Source of the DNA: Synergistales bacterium
Lineage (GTDB): Bacteria > Synergistota > Synergistia > Synergistales > JAFGMB01
Direction of reading: 5' to 3'
Assembly: GCA_963666205.1 (NCBI GenBank)
Contig: OY762654.1
Span: 1,824,001 to 1,888,000 of the forward strand
DNA: 64,000 nt
The first letter of the stretch is position 1. The number at the start of each line of letters is the position of its first letter. Under the pieces are notes generated by a model that did no database searches, was not told where the DNA came from, and worked only from the letters and a program-made list of their open reading frames with translations. Positions 40,093 through 49,301 of this stretch are shown piece after piece. The position numbers were made by a program, and so were the translations under genes.

Positions 40093-40950
40093 ATGAAGAA
40101 AAGGAAACTGAGAGAATTAATGAACAAGCCGGGAATTATAGTGGCACCAGGAGTCTGTGATGCTATCGGTGCACGCCTGGTTGAGAAAGTGGGATTCGAT
40201 GTCTGCTATATGACTGGCAATGGCGCCATGGCAAGCATGCTGGGGAAACCTGACATTGGTTTGGGAACCATGACTGAAATGGTCCAGAGAGCCCATAACC
40301 TGGCGTCGTGTATCAGAATCCCCCTGATCAGCGATGCGGATACCGGATACGGGGGTCTGAATAACGTAAAGCGGATGGTGGAAGAGTTTGAGGCAGCGGG
40401 AGTATCGGCCATTCATATAGAAGACCAGGCATCACCCAAAAAGTGTGGTGCCATGGAAGGGTTAAAGCTGGTTTCCATCGAAGAGATGTCCGAGAAGATC
40501 AGGATCGCCGTAAAATCCCGTAAAGATCAAGATTTCCTTATCATTGCAAGAAGCGATTCGAGGAAAGTCCTTGGTTTCGAAGAATCCTTAAGGCGGGCAA
40601 AAGCCTTTGCCGAAGCAGGAGCAGATGTGGTTTACGTCGAAATGCTCGAAAGCAGGGAAGAGATCCTCAAGTTGACAACCAGTGTGGATGCTCCTGTCCT
40701 ATACGATATGCTTGAGATGTCCCCGGACAATATCTATTCGAACCAGGAGCTTCAGGATCTCGGCGTGAAGATCGTCATTTATTGCCTTTCCACAACTCTC
40801 TATGCTGCGAATAAGGTGAAAGAGATGCTTGAAGTGCTCAAACAGACAGGAACGACAAGATCACTCTTTGATCAAATGATGCCCCTTCACGATTATGAGA
40901 AGGTGATCGGATTGACCGAGGAGAACAATATCCGACAACTTCTTGAGTAA
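40093..40950 (+). CDS. Isocitrate lyase/PEP mutase family lyase (PrpB-like)
   Basis: G.PD.GL, D.DTGYG, HIEDQ..PKKCG, ARSD, AGAD. Confidence 0.9.
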   Translation: MKKRKLRELMNKPGIIVAPGVCDAIGARLVEKVGFDVCYMTGNGAMASMLGKPDIGLGTMTEMVQRAHNLASCIRIPLISDADTGYGGLNNVKRMVEEFEAAGVSAIHIEDQASPKKCGAMEGLKLVSIEEMSEKIRIAVKSRKDQDFLIIARSDSRKVLGFEESLRRAKAFAEAGADVVYVEMLESREEILKLTTSVDAPVLYDMLEMSPDNIYSNQELQDLGVKIVIYCLSTTLYAANKVKEMLEVLKQTGTTRSLFDQMMPLHDYEKVIGLTEENNIRQLLE

Positions 40951-40993
40951 AGGTGTCACTTCTTGTGTTTCCGATAGATATTGACAAAGTATG

Positions 40994-41031
40994 GAGGGGC
41001 CAGGCTCTGCAGAGCGTGACCCCTCTTTTTT
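40994..41031 (+). terminator. Probable intrinsic terminator
   Basis: Imperfect stem GAGGGGCCAGGCTC/GAGCGTGACCCCTC followed by a T-run. Confidence 0.6.
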
Positions 41032-41304
41032 CAATGGATATTTTCTGAGCCTGTTTGTTTAATGAGCGCAGGACTATCCTGAATTGGCGCTTTCCCTCTT
41101 CGTTCCCCGCTCAAATGATTTTAAGGACTTAAGATCTGCTCTTGAAAACCCGGGACATTAAGGAAAATGATGAAATCCTTTTCCAGGTAATGGAAAAATT
41201 CACAGGAAAGATTGCCAAAGTTTTCAGGTGGATTTGTTCCATTACAGTAAGGACAAAACAGGTCTTCTTTTGGCCGTATGTTCCGGGTTAATGGGCTAAC
41301 GTTC

Positions 41305-41398
41305 TCCTCTGCCTACTCTGCGCAACCTCTCCGTCCTCTGCGGTAAATCGATTTTTGATTTTTTCAGCTTTTTCTTTAAGGTCACTGTGGTTAGCGTT
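41305..41398. repeat. Degenerate copy of the ACCGCAGAG-type repeat family
   Basis: Minus strand reads AAAAATCGATTTACCGCAGAGGACGGAGAGGTTGCGCAGAGTAGGCAGAGG and GCTAACCACAG. Confidence 0.55.
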
Positions 41399-41402
41399 TA
41401 TA

Positions 41403-42554
41403 TCAGAACAAACGCCAGAGCGATTCCGGGGAAGTGCTCTTCTTGAAAGCCCCATACCACCTGCAGGGCCAGTAGAGCACCACCAGAACACTCGCCCATG
41501 CAAGGTATCCCGCAGAGTATCCCGATACATCCAGGAATTTCCCCAGAACGCAGAAAAGGGCAATATGAATAATGTAGAAGAAAAAGGGCACTCTTCCGAA
41601 AACCAGGAGAGGGTCATACCTGTCCAGTGACGATTTGATCCTGTTAAAGAATGCCATAGCTATCAGGATGCCCCCAAGGGTCAACAGGACGAAGGCTATG
41701 CTTGGGGGATACTTTGTTATGGAAAGGAAACTGATCAATCCCGATGGCTCCAGGTTGTTTATGTTGCCTATGACACCAGTGAACCTTACTGCCACGAAGG
41801 CGACAAGAAGGGCTCCACCGACCAGGTGCATTTTCTGGAACACTTTTACCCCATACTCCACAAGAAAACGTCCCAGGGCCATACCTGCCAGGGTTATTCC
41901 CAGCCAGGGGATGATGGGATAGGCCATGATCGCCGGTCCTGCAGGGGTCATAAATTCCCAGGGAACGAACAGCAGAGTCTCCGGAATCGTGATGGTGCCG
42001 GCAACTTCTTTAATGGGCAGTCCCAGGGGAAGTAATAAGGTGGTTGATACAACGCAAACTACTGAAAGGATCAACAGCCACAATGGTCGTAATTTGATGA
42101 GGAATGATCCAACTATCATGGAAGCACCCAGGGTGGCTATGATGGTTAAGAAAACGAACCATTGGGGTCCCTCCGGCCTCACAAGGAATCCCCAGTTCCA
42201 GAAAAAATCCTCCAGGGTCAGGGACGCAACTATCAGAATAAGGCCTCTTACCAGGAAATGGCGGATCAGGGAACCTGTTCCCCAGCCTCGCTTGATCCTG
42301 GATTCTGCGAAGAGTATCATGCCTGCTCCCATGAGAAGAGCAAAACCCGGTGCGCAGAGGTGAGTCACCCACCTGGTGAAAAAGACCAGCAGGGAACCGC
42401 TGTAGTCCGACATGGGCCTGGCCCACATTTCGCTGACATGTACATGGGCCAGTAATGCCATGGAATGATCCAGGGCCATCAATATCATTATTAGACCCTT
42501 TGCAGAGTCAAGTTCAAGTAATCGTTTTGGAGAGAGTGTGTGTTGCGTTGTCAT
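41403..42554 (-). CDS. DUF1624 / heparan-alpha-glucosaminide N-acetyltransferase-like membrane protein
   Basis: RL..LD..KGL.M.LMALDH, FFTRWVTHLCAPGF, YP..PW.G, KYPPS, FGRVPFFFY..H. Confidence 0.85.
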   Translation of the reverse strand: MTTQHTLSPKRLLELDSAKGLIMILMALDHSMALLAHVHVSEMWARPMSDYSGSLLVFFTRWVTHLCAPGFALLMGAGMILFAESRIKRGWGTGSLIRHFLVRGLILIVASLTLEDFFWNWGFLVRPEGPQWFVFLTIIATLGASMIVGSFLIKLRPLWLLILSVVCVVSTTLLLPLGLPIKEVAGTITIPETLLFVPWEFMTPAGPAIMAYPIIPWLGITLAGMALGRFLVEYGVKVFQKMHLVGGALLVAFVAVRFTGVIGNINNLEPSGLISFLSITKYPPSIAFVLLTLGGILIAMAFFNRIKSSLDRYDPLLVFGRVPFFFYIIHIALFCVLGKFLDVSGYSAGYLAWASVLVVLYWPCRWYGAFKKSTSPESLWRLF

Positions 42555-42615
42555 TATGTACCCACCTTTTTGAGAAATTAAAATTCGGATACTTTCTACA
42601 AAGTTTTGCTATTAT

Positions 42616-43323
42616 TTAACCTATATTTAACTTTCTTATATTAGCATCCAATATAGTTCTTTCACAAGTCCCGCCCAGGTTAGTCTGAACTCTCTCCGCA
42701 AGGTCATTAACTGCCTGTTCGAATTCTGAGAACCTGGAACTGTCAACGAGCTCTATGCACAGAAAGGCATTTTTAGTGTTCTCGGTCAGGATGGTCCTGT
42801 TGGCTTCGCGCCAGTTCCAGCAGCGGCAGATGGCACCAGCATCATCCTTGTAGACCACTTCACCTTCATAGGGAGGGGAGTTTTCGTCACTCCCCAGGGG
42901 AACAAATTCTTCATCGCCGATGGCCCTTGTGAGCCTGATGTCTCCGACGAAGGTGTCTATATCCTCGCCGCCGCATGGGAGGGCATATTTCAGTGAAATA
43001 GAGTTGTAAATGTCCACCAGGGGATTGATGGTTCCTATATGATTTCCTTTCTGAACTCTTTTCAGCAGGGCTTCTATGGATGACCTGGCTCCTTTCTTTG
43101 TCCTGAACTTCTGAAAGGCTTCCCGCCAGATCCTGATAACGGAGTTGCTGCTGAAATCCTCATCCGGGATATGTACCAGAGCTTCCTTTTCTGCCGCTAA
43201 GAGCATTTCTTCATATTTCCCCTTGTATGTTAGAGAATTGTCAATTCCTTTACAGGTCACTATTCCTATTCTGGCCTCTGGAAATAGCTTCCAGAATGTG
43301 TCTTCCACAACAAATCTTTTCAT
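42616..43323 (-). CDS. Stand-alone B3/B4 domain protein (tRNA-editing-like)
   Basis: WREAF, SSIEALLKR, INPLVDIYN.IS, GGED, CRCWNWRE. Start at ATG 43323 (SD GAGGAGG). Confidence 0.9.
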   Translation of the reverse strand: MKRFVVEDTFWKLFPEARIGIVTCKGIDNSLTYKGKYEEMLLAAEKEALVHIPDEDFSSNSVIRIWREAFQKFRTKKGARSSIEALLKRVQKGNHIGTINPLVDIYNSISLKYALPCGGEDIDTFVGDIRLTRAIGDEEFVPLGSDENSPPYEGEVVYKDDAGAICRCWNWREANRTILTENTKNAFLCIELVDSSRFSEFEQAVNDLAERVQTNLGGTCERTILDANIRKLNIG

Positions 43324-43540
43324 TAAAGTAACCTCCTCGAAAGAATCATCAGGTTCTGAATTATAGTGCTTTGCACAGTATTGAAATATCAATTCTTTCA
43401 ACTCTAAAAATTTTACTATTGGAGAAATACCTTTTCCTAAAACAGTAATTACCCTTTTATCGTTCTCATAAAGATCAATAGTGCCAACATCTTTTTAAAA
43501 CTACGCTTATGTAATTTTATTAAATGAAATCCGATTTTAC

Positions 43541-43569
43541 TTGACTAAAAAGAGGCAGGAGTCTACAAT
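43541..43569 (+). promoter_or_regulatory. Sigma70-type promoter of the TRAP operon
   Basis: TTGACT-17 nt-TACAAT. Confidence 0.55.
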
Positions 43570-43821
43570 TCTATGCAAACATTCCAACTTGAAAGCTAGT
43601 ATGTTAAATGGATACAATAACCAGACAGAGTATGAAGGTCCTCCCGGTTTTATGATCTCAAACAAAGCAATTCAGTGTCCCTTTTTTATGTTACCGTTGT
43701 TCGTATTCATGTGAATAAAATTATCATAACAGAATAAAAGTTTTTCCCCATAACGATGGGGGAGTTAACGCGGAAAACGGGTTTTTACACAGTTTTTTTA
43801 TTTCTTGAAGGAGGTGTTTCA

Positions 43822-44889
43822 ATGAAACACAGAGGTTTAGTAATGTTAGGAATAGTCTTGGCAGTGACTTTAGGTATTCTGGTCACTTGTTGCACTACAC
43901 CAGCCATGGCTAAGGATGACAAGGTTTACAAGTGGAAATTCCAGAGCCATCATACGCCTGGATCACTTGCAGTTGAATCCGCCATCAAACCCTTTATTGA
44001 AAGGGTAGACAAGATGTCTGGCGGCAGGTTGAAAATCAGTCTGCATTATGCAGGGGAACTGGTGAATTATTCGGAAGTGGATAAAGCTCTCCAGTCAAAC
44101 ATGATCCAGATAGCCAATACCAGTTCATTGTTCTTTAGGGGATCTATTCCCATGGGTTGGGTATCGGCACCTAATATGCCGCCCTTTGTTACCCGTACCA
44201 ATGATGAGTTCAACGAACTGTTCCATCATAGGGGAATTGATAACCTGGTAGGAGAGGCTCTGGCAGAGCGCGGTATTCAGTTCCTTGGCAGCCATAGCGT
44301 GGGCAATACTTACTTCTGGAGCAAAAAACCCATTAACTCTCTCGAGGATCTGAAGGGATTCAAGGTAAGGTTCTTCGGTTCCATGTCGGATTGCATGGAA
44401 CATTTCGGAGCTGCTCCCGTCATGCTTCCACATCCGGAAACCTATATGGCAATCGCCACGGGCACCCTTGACGGCAGTGGTACTGCCTGGTGGCTGTATC
44501 GCGACCTCAAGCTCTATGAGGTGTGTCCATATTTTATCGGTCCGGCAATGCAGGTTCCCCAGGGAATGGAACTCTGGGCCTCCAAGAAAGCCTTTGATGC
44601 CCTGCCTGAAGATCTCCAGGCCATCGTTACGACAGCGGCCGAATCCTTTAACACGGATTATATGGATGCTGTGACCATGCAGGAACGTGAGATGTTCAAC
44701 AAGTCCTTCAAAGAGTGGGGAACCACTTACATCGAATTCAGCAAAGAGGATGTAGCAAGGATAACCCACGAGTTCTCCCTGCCCTATCTGGACAAGATCG
44801 CTGCTGAACAGGGACCGAAGGATGAAAGAGTTGTCAAGGCTATCGAGATCATCAAGCAGTTCATGAAGGATTACGGATACGTAGATTAA
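43822..44889 (+). CDS. dctP: TRAP substrate-binding protein (TakP/FcbT1-like, monocarboxylate/2-oxoacid type)
   Basis: WKFQS, MSGGRLKI...AGELV, LKGFKVR, signal peptide. SD AAGGAGGTG. Confidence 0.88.
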   Translation: MKHRGLVMLGIVLAVTLGILVTCCTTPAMAKDDKVYKWKFQSHHTPGSLAVESAIKPFIERVDKMSGGRLKISLHYAGELVNYSEVDKALQSNMIQIANTSSLFFRGSIPMGWVSAPNMPPFVTRTNDEFNELFHHRGIDNLVGEALAERGIQFLGSHSVGNTYFWSKKPINSLEDLKGFKVRFFGSMSDCMEHFGAAPVMLPHPETYMAIATGTLDGSGTAWWLYRDLKLYEVCPYFIGPAMQVPQGMELWASKKAFDALPEDLQAIVTTAAESFNTDYMDAVTMQEREMFNKSFKEWGTTYIEFSKEDVARITHEFSLPYLDKIAAEQGPKDERVVKAIEIIKQFMKDYGYVD

Positions 44890-44994
44890 GGAAAAATCAA
44901 TGAGAGAACCCCCCTCCTTCAGGGGAGGGGGGTTCTTCTTTATAGGTTTTTCAGCAACCCAATGGGTTTTTCAGCAACCTAAGCTTCCAATGAG

Positions 44995-45546
44995 GTGAGG
45001 CAATTGAATTCTTTAACTGGTTTTATAAGATTTGTTGACAAGATGAATGATCGAATGGGTAAAATTGTCAGTCTTCTTATTTATCCGATAATGCTCGTGC
45101 TGGTGTACGAGGTGACAATGAGGTATGTCTTCAACAGACCGACGATCTGGGCTCATGAGACTTCCTGTATGCTTTATGGAGCACACTTTGTACTGGGAGG
45201 AGCCTATGCCCTGAAACATAATGCTTTTGTAAATGTCGAGGTTTTCTATATGCGGTTTTCCAAACGCACAAGAGCGATTATTGACCTTGTCAGCTGGAGC
45301 ATGTTCTATATCTTTGTGGGAGTATTGCTCTGGAGAAGCGTGCCCTGGGCATGGGAAAGCTTCTCAGTGCGTGAATTCTCCGACAGTACCTGGGGCCCCT
45401 ATATCTGGCCTTCCAAGCTCACCATACCCGTTGCAGCTTTTTTCATGCTGCTCCAGGGAATTACAAAGACCATCAAAGACGCCGTTCTGGCCTTTACAGG
45501 ACATGAACTGGTTGTAGCGGACACCGAAGCCGCTGCCGGAAACTGA
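44995..45546 (+). CDS. dctQ: TRAP small permease (FcbT2-like)
   Basis: YEVTMRY.FN.PTIWAHE, LGGAY, LLQG. Confidence 0.9.
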   Translation: MRQLNSLTGFIRFVDKMNDRMGKIVSLLIYPIMLVLVYEVTMRYVFNRPTIWAHETSCMLYGAHFVLGGAYALKHNAFVNVEVFYMRFSKRTRAIIDLVSWSMFYIFVGVLLWRSVPWAWESFSVREFSDSTWGPYIWPSKLTIPVAAFFMLLQGITKTIKDAVLAFTGHELVVADTEAAAGN

Positions 45547-45555
45547 GGTGACATT

Positions 45556-46869
45556 ATGGATATAGCAATGATTTCAATTTTACTTTTTGGCAGCATGTTC
45601 CTGCTATTGGCATCAGGACTTCCCGTCGCTTTTGTCCTTGGAGGACTGGCTACGATCTTTACTGGAGTTTTCTGGGGTCCTGAGTCCCTCTTTATCATTG
45701 TTGCCAGAACCTATTCAATGATGTCCACCACTACTCTGGTTGCTGCTCCCCTTTTCGTGTTGATGGCAGTGGTTCTGGAAAAATCCGGTGTAGCAGAGGA
45801 CCTCTTCGAGATGATGTACCGCTGGTCGGGAGGCATCAAGGGAGGATTGGCAGTTGGTACTGTTTTTGCCTGTACACTCATAGCAGCCATGTCAGGAATA
45901 GCCTCCACCGGGGTGGTCGTGATGGGTGTAATGGCTCTCCCAGCCATGATCAAGAGAGGATATGACAAGAGACTTGCCACTGGATGTATCCTTGCTGGAG
46001 GAGTTCTGGGTCCCCTTGTTCCTCCCAGTATCGCACTGGTCCTTTACGGAACAATTGCCCAGGTATCCGTAGGCGAGCTATTTGCCGGAGGAATGGGCGC
46101 CGGACTGCTCTGCTCCGCTCTTATCATCGGCTACATATTGATCAGATGTTATCTGAATCCTTCATTAGGACCGGCTATTCCCGAGGAGGAAAGGGCTGAC
46201 TTCGGGGCGAAGATGAGATCCCTTAAAGGAGTAGTCCTTCCCCTTCTTCTGATAACTGCCGTTCTGGGCTCGATCTACACAGGTATTGCCACTCCAACTG
46301 AGGCAGCTGCAGTAGGAGCTTTTGGTGCTTTTGTGTGTAGCGCCATCCATAAACGGCTGAACTGGCAACTGATCAAAAGCGCTGCCTACGTTACCATACA
46401 GGTTCAGGGTTTCATGATGTGGATACTCTTTGCCGCCCAGGGATTTGCGGCCGTATACATGGGTCTGGGAGCCTCAAGGATGGTTATCAGTCTGGTTGAA
46501 AAATATCAGGTAGGCTGGTGGGCCATGCTCATAGGCATACAGGTGGTCTGGTTCCTCCTTGGTCTTGTCATCGACGCATGGAGCATATTGATGATCACCC
46601 TTCCCATCCTTCTTCCTCTTCTGCCTATGTACGGATTTGACCCCCTTTGGCTGGGTGTTCTTTACGCTGTAAATACGCAGACAGGTTACCTGACGCCGCC
46701 ATTCGGAACCATGTTGTTCATGATGAAGGGAATTGCGCCTAAGGAAGTGTCCATGAACGATATCTACGCTTCCATTGTGCCCTTTGTTATAACCCAGCTG
46801 GTCTGTCTGACCCTTTGTATAATATTCCCGAAGATCGTTACCTGGCTTCCGGACCTTCTTTTCAATTAG
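45556..46869 (+). CDS. dctM: TRAP large permease (FcbT3-like)
   Basis: GLPVAF, LE.SG.A.DL, PPS, GIATPTEAA, LTPPFG. Confidence 0.93.
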   Translation: MDIAMISILLFGSMFLLLASGLPVAFVLGGLATIFTGVFWGPESLFIIVARTYSMMSTTTLVAAPLFVLMAVVLEKSGVAEDLFEMMYRWSGGIKGGLAVGTVFACTLIAAMSGIASTGVVVMGVMALPAMIKRGYDKRLATGCILAGGVLGPLVPPSIALVLYGTIAQVSVGELFAGGMGAGLLCSALIIGYILIRCYLNPSLGPAIPEEERADFGAKMRSLKGVVLPLLLITAVLGSIYTGIATPTEAAAVGAFGAFVCSAIHKRLNWQLIKSAAYVTIQVQGFMMWILFAAQGFAAVYMGLGASRMVISLVEKYQVGWWAMLIGIQVVWFLLGLVIDAWSILMITLPILLPLLPMYGFDPLWLGVLYAVNTQTGYLTPPFGTMLFMMKGIAPKEVSMNDIYASIVPFVITQLVCLTLCIIFPKIVTWLPDLLFN

Positions 46870-47023
46870 GGAGCTTTCGTGGGAGTAGAACAATAGCATT
46901 TCATGAAAATCTTTCAGGCGAGGGGATACCCCCTCGCCTTTACTGATATGAAGAGGTAAGGAACCTAACCCCAGTCCATACATTTCTTTTCCGGCCTTTA
47001 TTCATATTGATGAAATTCTTTTC

Positions 47024-47676
47024 TCAACTGATATTTCTCAGAAGACTGAAATCTTTTTCCCGTATCTTCTTCACTGCCTGCCGCATAAGTTCCGCATCCT
47101 TCTTTCCGGGTTCCGTTTCAAGTCTGCTATTCAGATCCACTGCCGAAGGTCTGCATATACGGATAGCCTCGGATACGTTCTCCGGCCCGAGTCCTCCTGC
47201 CACAATGAACGGTTTTTCTGCGGCAACCTGTTTTAAAAGGGACCAGTCAAAGCTCTTTCCCGTTCCTCCGGAGTTTTTCCCGACCCGGGTGTCGAAAAGG
47301 AAATAGTCAGCCCCCTGATAATTCTGAATTTCTTCAAGATCTTCTTTCGAACTTATACTGAAGGCCTTGATGGTCTTTATCGGAAGACCCTTCAGCACAA
47401 ATGGGTCTTCCTGGCCGTGAAACTGGATGTGACTGAAAAGGCCACTGGATACTATCCCTTCCAGTTCATCGGCATTGGGGTTCACCACCACTGCCACTGT
47501 AGAGACGAAGGGAGGGAGTCCCTCGGTAAGCTTAGCCACATCTTCAAGGGAAACCGGCGCGGACTTTCTGCCAGGATAAATCCCAGTCCGTCCACCCCGA
47601 GTTCAACTGCTTTCAACACGTCTTTTCTGCGGGTCATACCGCAGACCTTTATCCGTGTCATCTGATACCGGGTCAC
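47024..47676 (-). pseudogene. trpF: Phosphoribosylanthranilate isomerase split by a 1-nt deletion (pseudogene or assembly error)
   Basis: N-terminus IKVCG...GFILAESPR in ORF 47482-47676; C-terminus QFHGQE, FDT...GGTGKSFDW, AGGLGPENV in ORF 47024-47539. One extra G near 47554 restores SPRRVSLEDVAKL. Confidence 0.85.
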
Positions 47677-48701
47677 GCGACACCCTCCTCCCGCGAACGG
47701 CCAAAGGCTGCTACTTCCCTGACTTTTGCCGCGGCAAGGCCGCTGTCGATGATCTCTTTGGCCATTTGTGCTCCAGTCTTCAGGGAATCGACCCTTCCGG
47801 CAGTTAAAAAGGCAGCGGCAGCGTTGAAGACGACGACGTCCCTGTGAGGTCCCTTTTCTCCAGCAAATATCCTTTGGATGATCCGGCAGTTTTCCTTCGC
47901 TGTTCCTCCTTTGGCATAAGCGGCTTTAGCCAGTGGGAGTCCGGCTTCCCCAGGAGAAATCTCCAGATCGTTCACAACGCCGTCTTTAAGAAAACTTGCT
48001 TTGTTGGGTCCGCTTAACGAAAATTCGTCCATCCCCCCATGACCATGGACCACAAGGGCACGTTTAACACCCAGCTTTCCAAGGACCTCTGCCATGGGAT
48101 GGACAAGTTCGGGGGAAAATACACCCATAAGCTGATGGTCCGGGCGTGCAGGATTTGTCAGGGGACCCAGTATGTTGAATATGGTTCGCAATCCCAGGGC
48201 CTTGCGAACCGGGGCAACATTTCTCATGGCTTTGTGAAAATATGGAGCGAATATGAATCCGAACCCTGTTCTTGCAACGCTGTCTGCCACATCGACAGGA
48301 TTTGCAAGGAGAGGGATGCCCAGCGTTTCCAGAACATCAGCGCTGCCGCATTGACTGGAGACCGAGCGGTTGCCATGCTTGGCCACGCTCAGGCCAGCGG
48401 CGGCAGTAACGAGGGCTGAAGCTGTGGAGATGTTAAAAGTTCCTGTACAGTCACCGCCAGTTCCGACGATTTCAAGCAGAGGGTTCCTTTCTATTTCAAC
48501 AGGAAGGGCTTTTTCTCTCATGACCCTGGCGGCTTCAGCGATTTCCACCACGGTTTCACCTTTGGCCCTGAGGCCTGTAAGAAATGCCGCCATCTGAGCA
48601 TCTGAAACTTTCCCCTCCATTATTACTTTCATAGCCCGATTCATTTCCCGTGCCGTAAGGTCGGTTCGCATAAGGATCTTTTCAAGATATTCTCTAAGCA
48701 T
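47673..48701 (-). CDS. trpD: Anthranilate phosphoribosyltransferase
   Basis: VGTGGD..TFNIST, AKHGNRSVSS..GSADVLE, RTIFNILGPLTNP. Confidence 0.96.
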   Translation of the reverse strand: MLREYLEKILMRTDLTAREMNRAMKVIMEGKVSDAQMAAFLTGLRAKGETVVEIAEAARVMREKALPVEIERNPLLEIVGTGGDCTGTFNISTASALVTAAAGLSVAKHGNRSVSSQCGSADVLETLGIPLLANPVDVADSVARTGFGFIFAPYFHKAMRNVAPVRKALGLRTIFNILGPLTNPARPDHQLMGVFSPELVHPMAEVLGKLGVKRALVVHGHGGMDEFSLSGPNKASFLKDGVVNDLEISPGEAGLPLAKAAYAKGGTAKENCRIIQRIFAGEKGPHRDVVVFNAAAAFLTAGRVDSLKTGAQMAKEIIDSGLAAAKVREVAAFGRSREEGVA

Positions 48702-48731
48702 GTTTATCTCAGCTCCTCTCATGTTAGAAGA

Positions 48732-49301
48732 TCACGCGATCTTCTGCAGGTAAAAATTCTTCAGAAGTTCCATGCCTGACTCCGTAAGGATGGACTCTGG
48801 ATGAAACTGTACGCCGAAAAGAGGGAGATCGCGGTGTTCCATGGCCATGATCGTCCCATCATCCGTTCGGGCGGTAACCTCCAGTACCTCAGGAAGGGAG
48901 GATTCCTCAGCCACAAGAGAGTGGTACCTTGTGGCCCGGAACGGAATGGGAAGACCTTCAAGAATACCCTTGCTTTCGTGATGGATCTCGGATACCTTCC
49001 CGTGAAATGGTTCTGCCGCGCGGATCACTTTTCCTCCCAGGACCTCTGCTATGCTCTGGTGGCCAAGACATACACCAAGGATAGGTGCAAATCCCATCAG
49101 GACCTGGATGACCTCTTTCGAGATGCCTGCTTCGGATGGTGTTCCAGGACCCGGCGAGATGACTATGTGACTTGGCGCCAGGGCTCTTATCTCCGCGAGG
49201 GTGGCCTGGTCGTTACGTATCGTTTTGACCTCGTCGAGTTCGGAAAGGTACTGGACAAGGTTGTAAGTGAATGAATCATAGTTGTCGATCATGAGGATCA
49301 T
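48732..49301 (-). CDS. trpG: Anthranilate synthase component II (glutamine amidotransferase)
   Basis: IDNYDSFTYN, SPGPG, GVCLGHQ, RYHSL, QFHPES. Confidence 0.94.
   Translation of the reverse strand: MILMIDNYDSFTYNLVQYLSELDEVKTIRNDQATLAEIRALAPSHIVISPGPGTPSEAGISKEVIQVLMGFAPILGVCLGHQSIAEVLGGKVIRAAEPFHGKVSEIHHESKGILEGLPIPFRATRYHSLVAEESSLPEVLEVTARTDDGTIMAMEHRDLPLFGVQFHPESILTESGMELLKNFYLQKIA

Noticed and set aside
47545-47560. Programmed frameshift in trpF
   Set aside because: No canonical slippery heptamer or stimulatory structure is evident; a simple indel is more likely.
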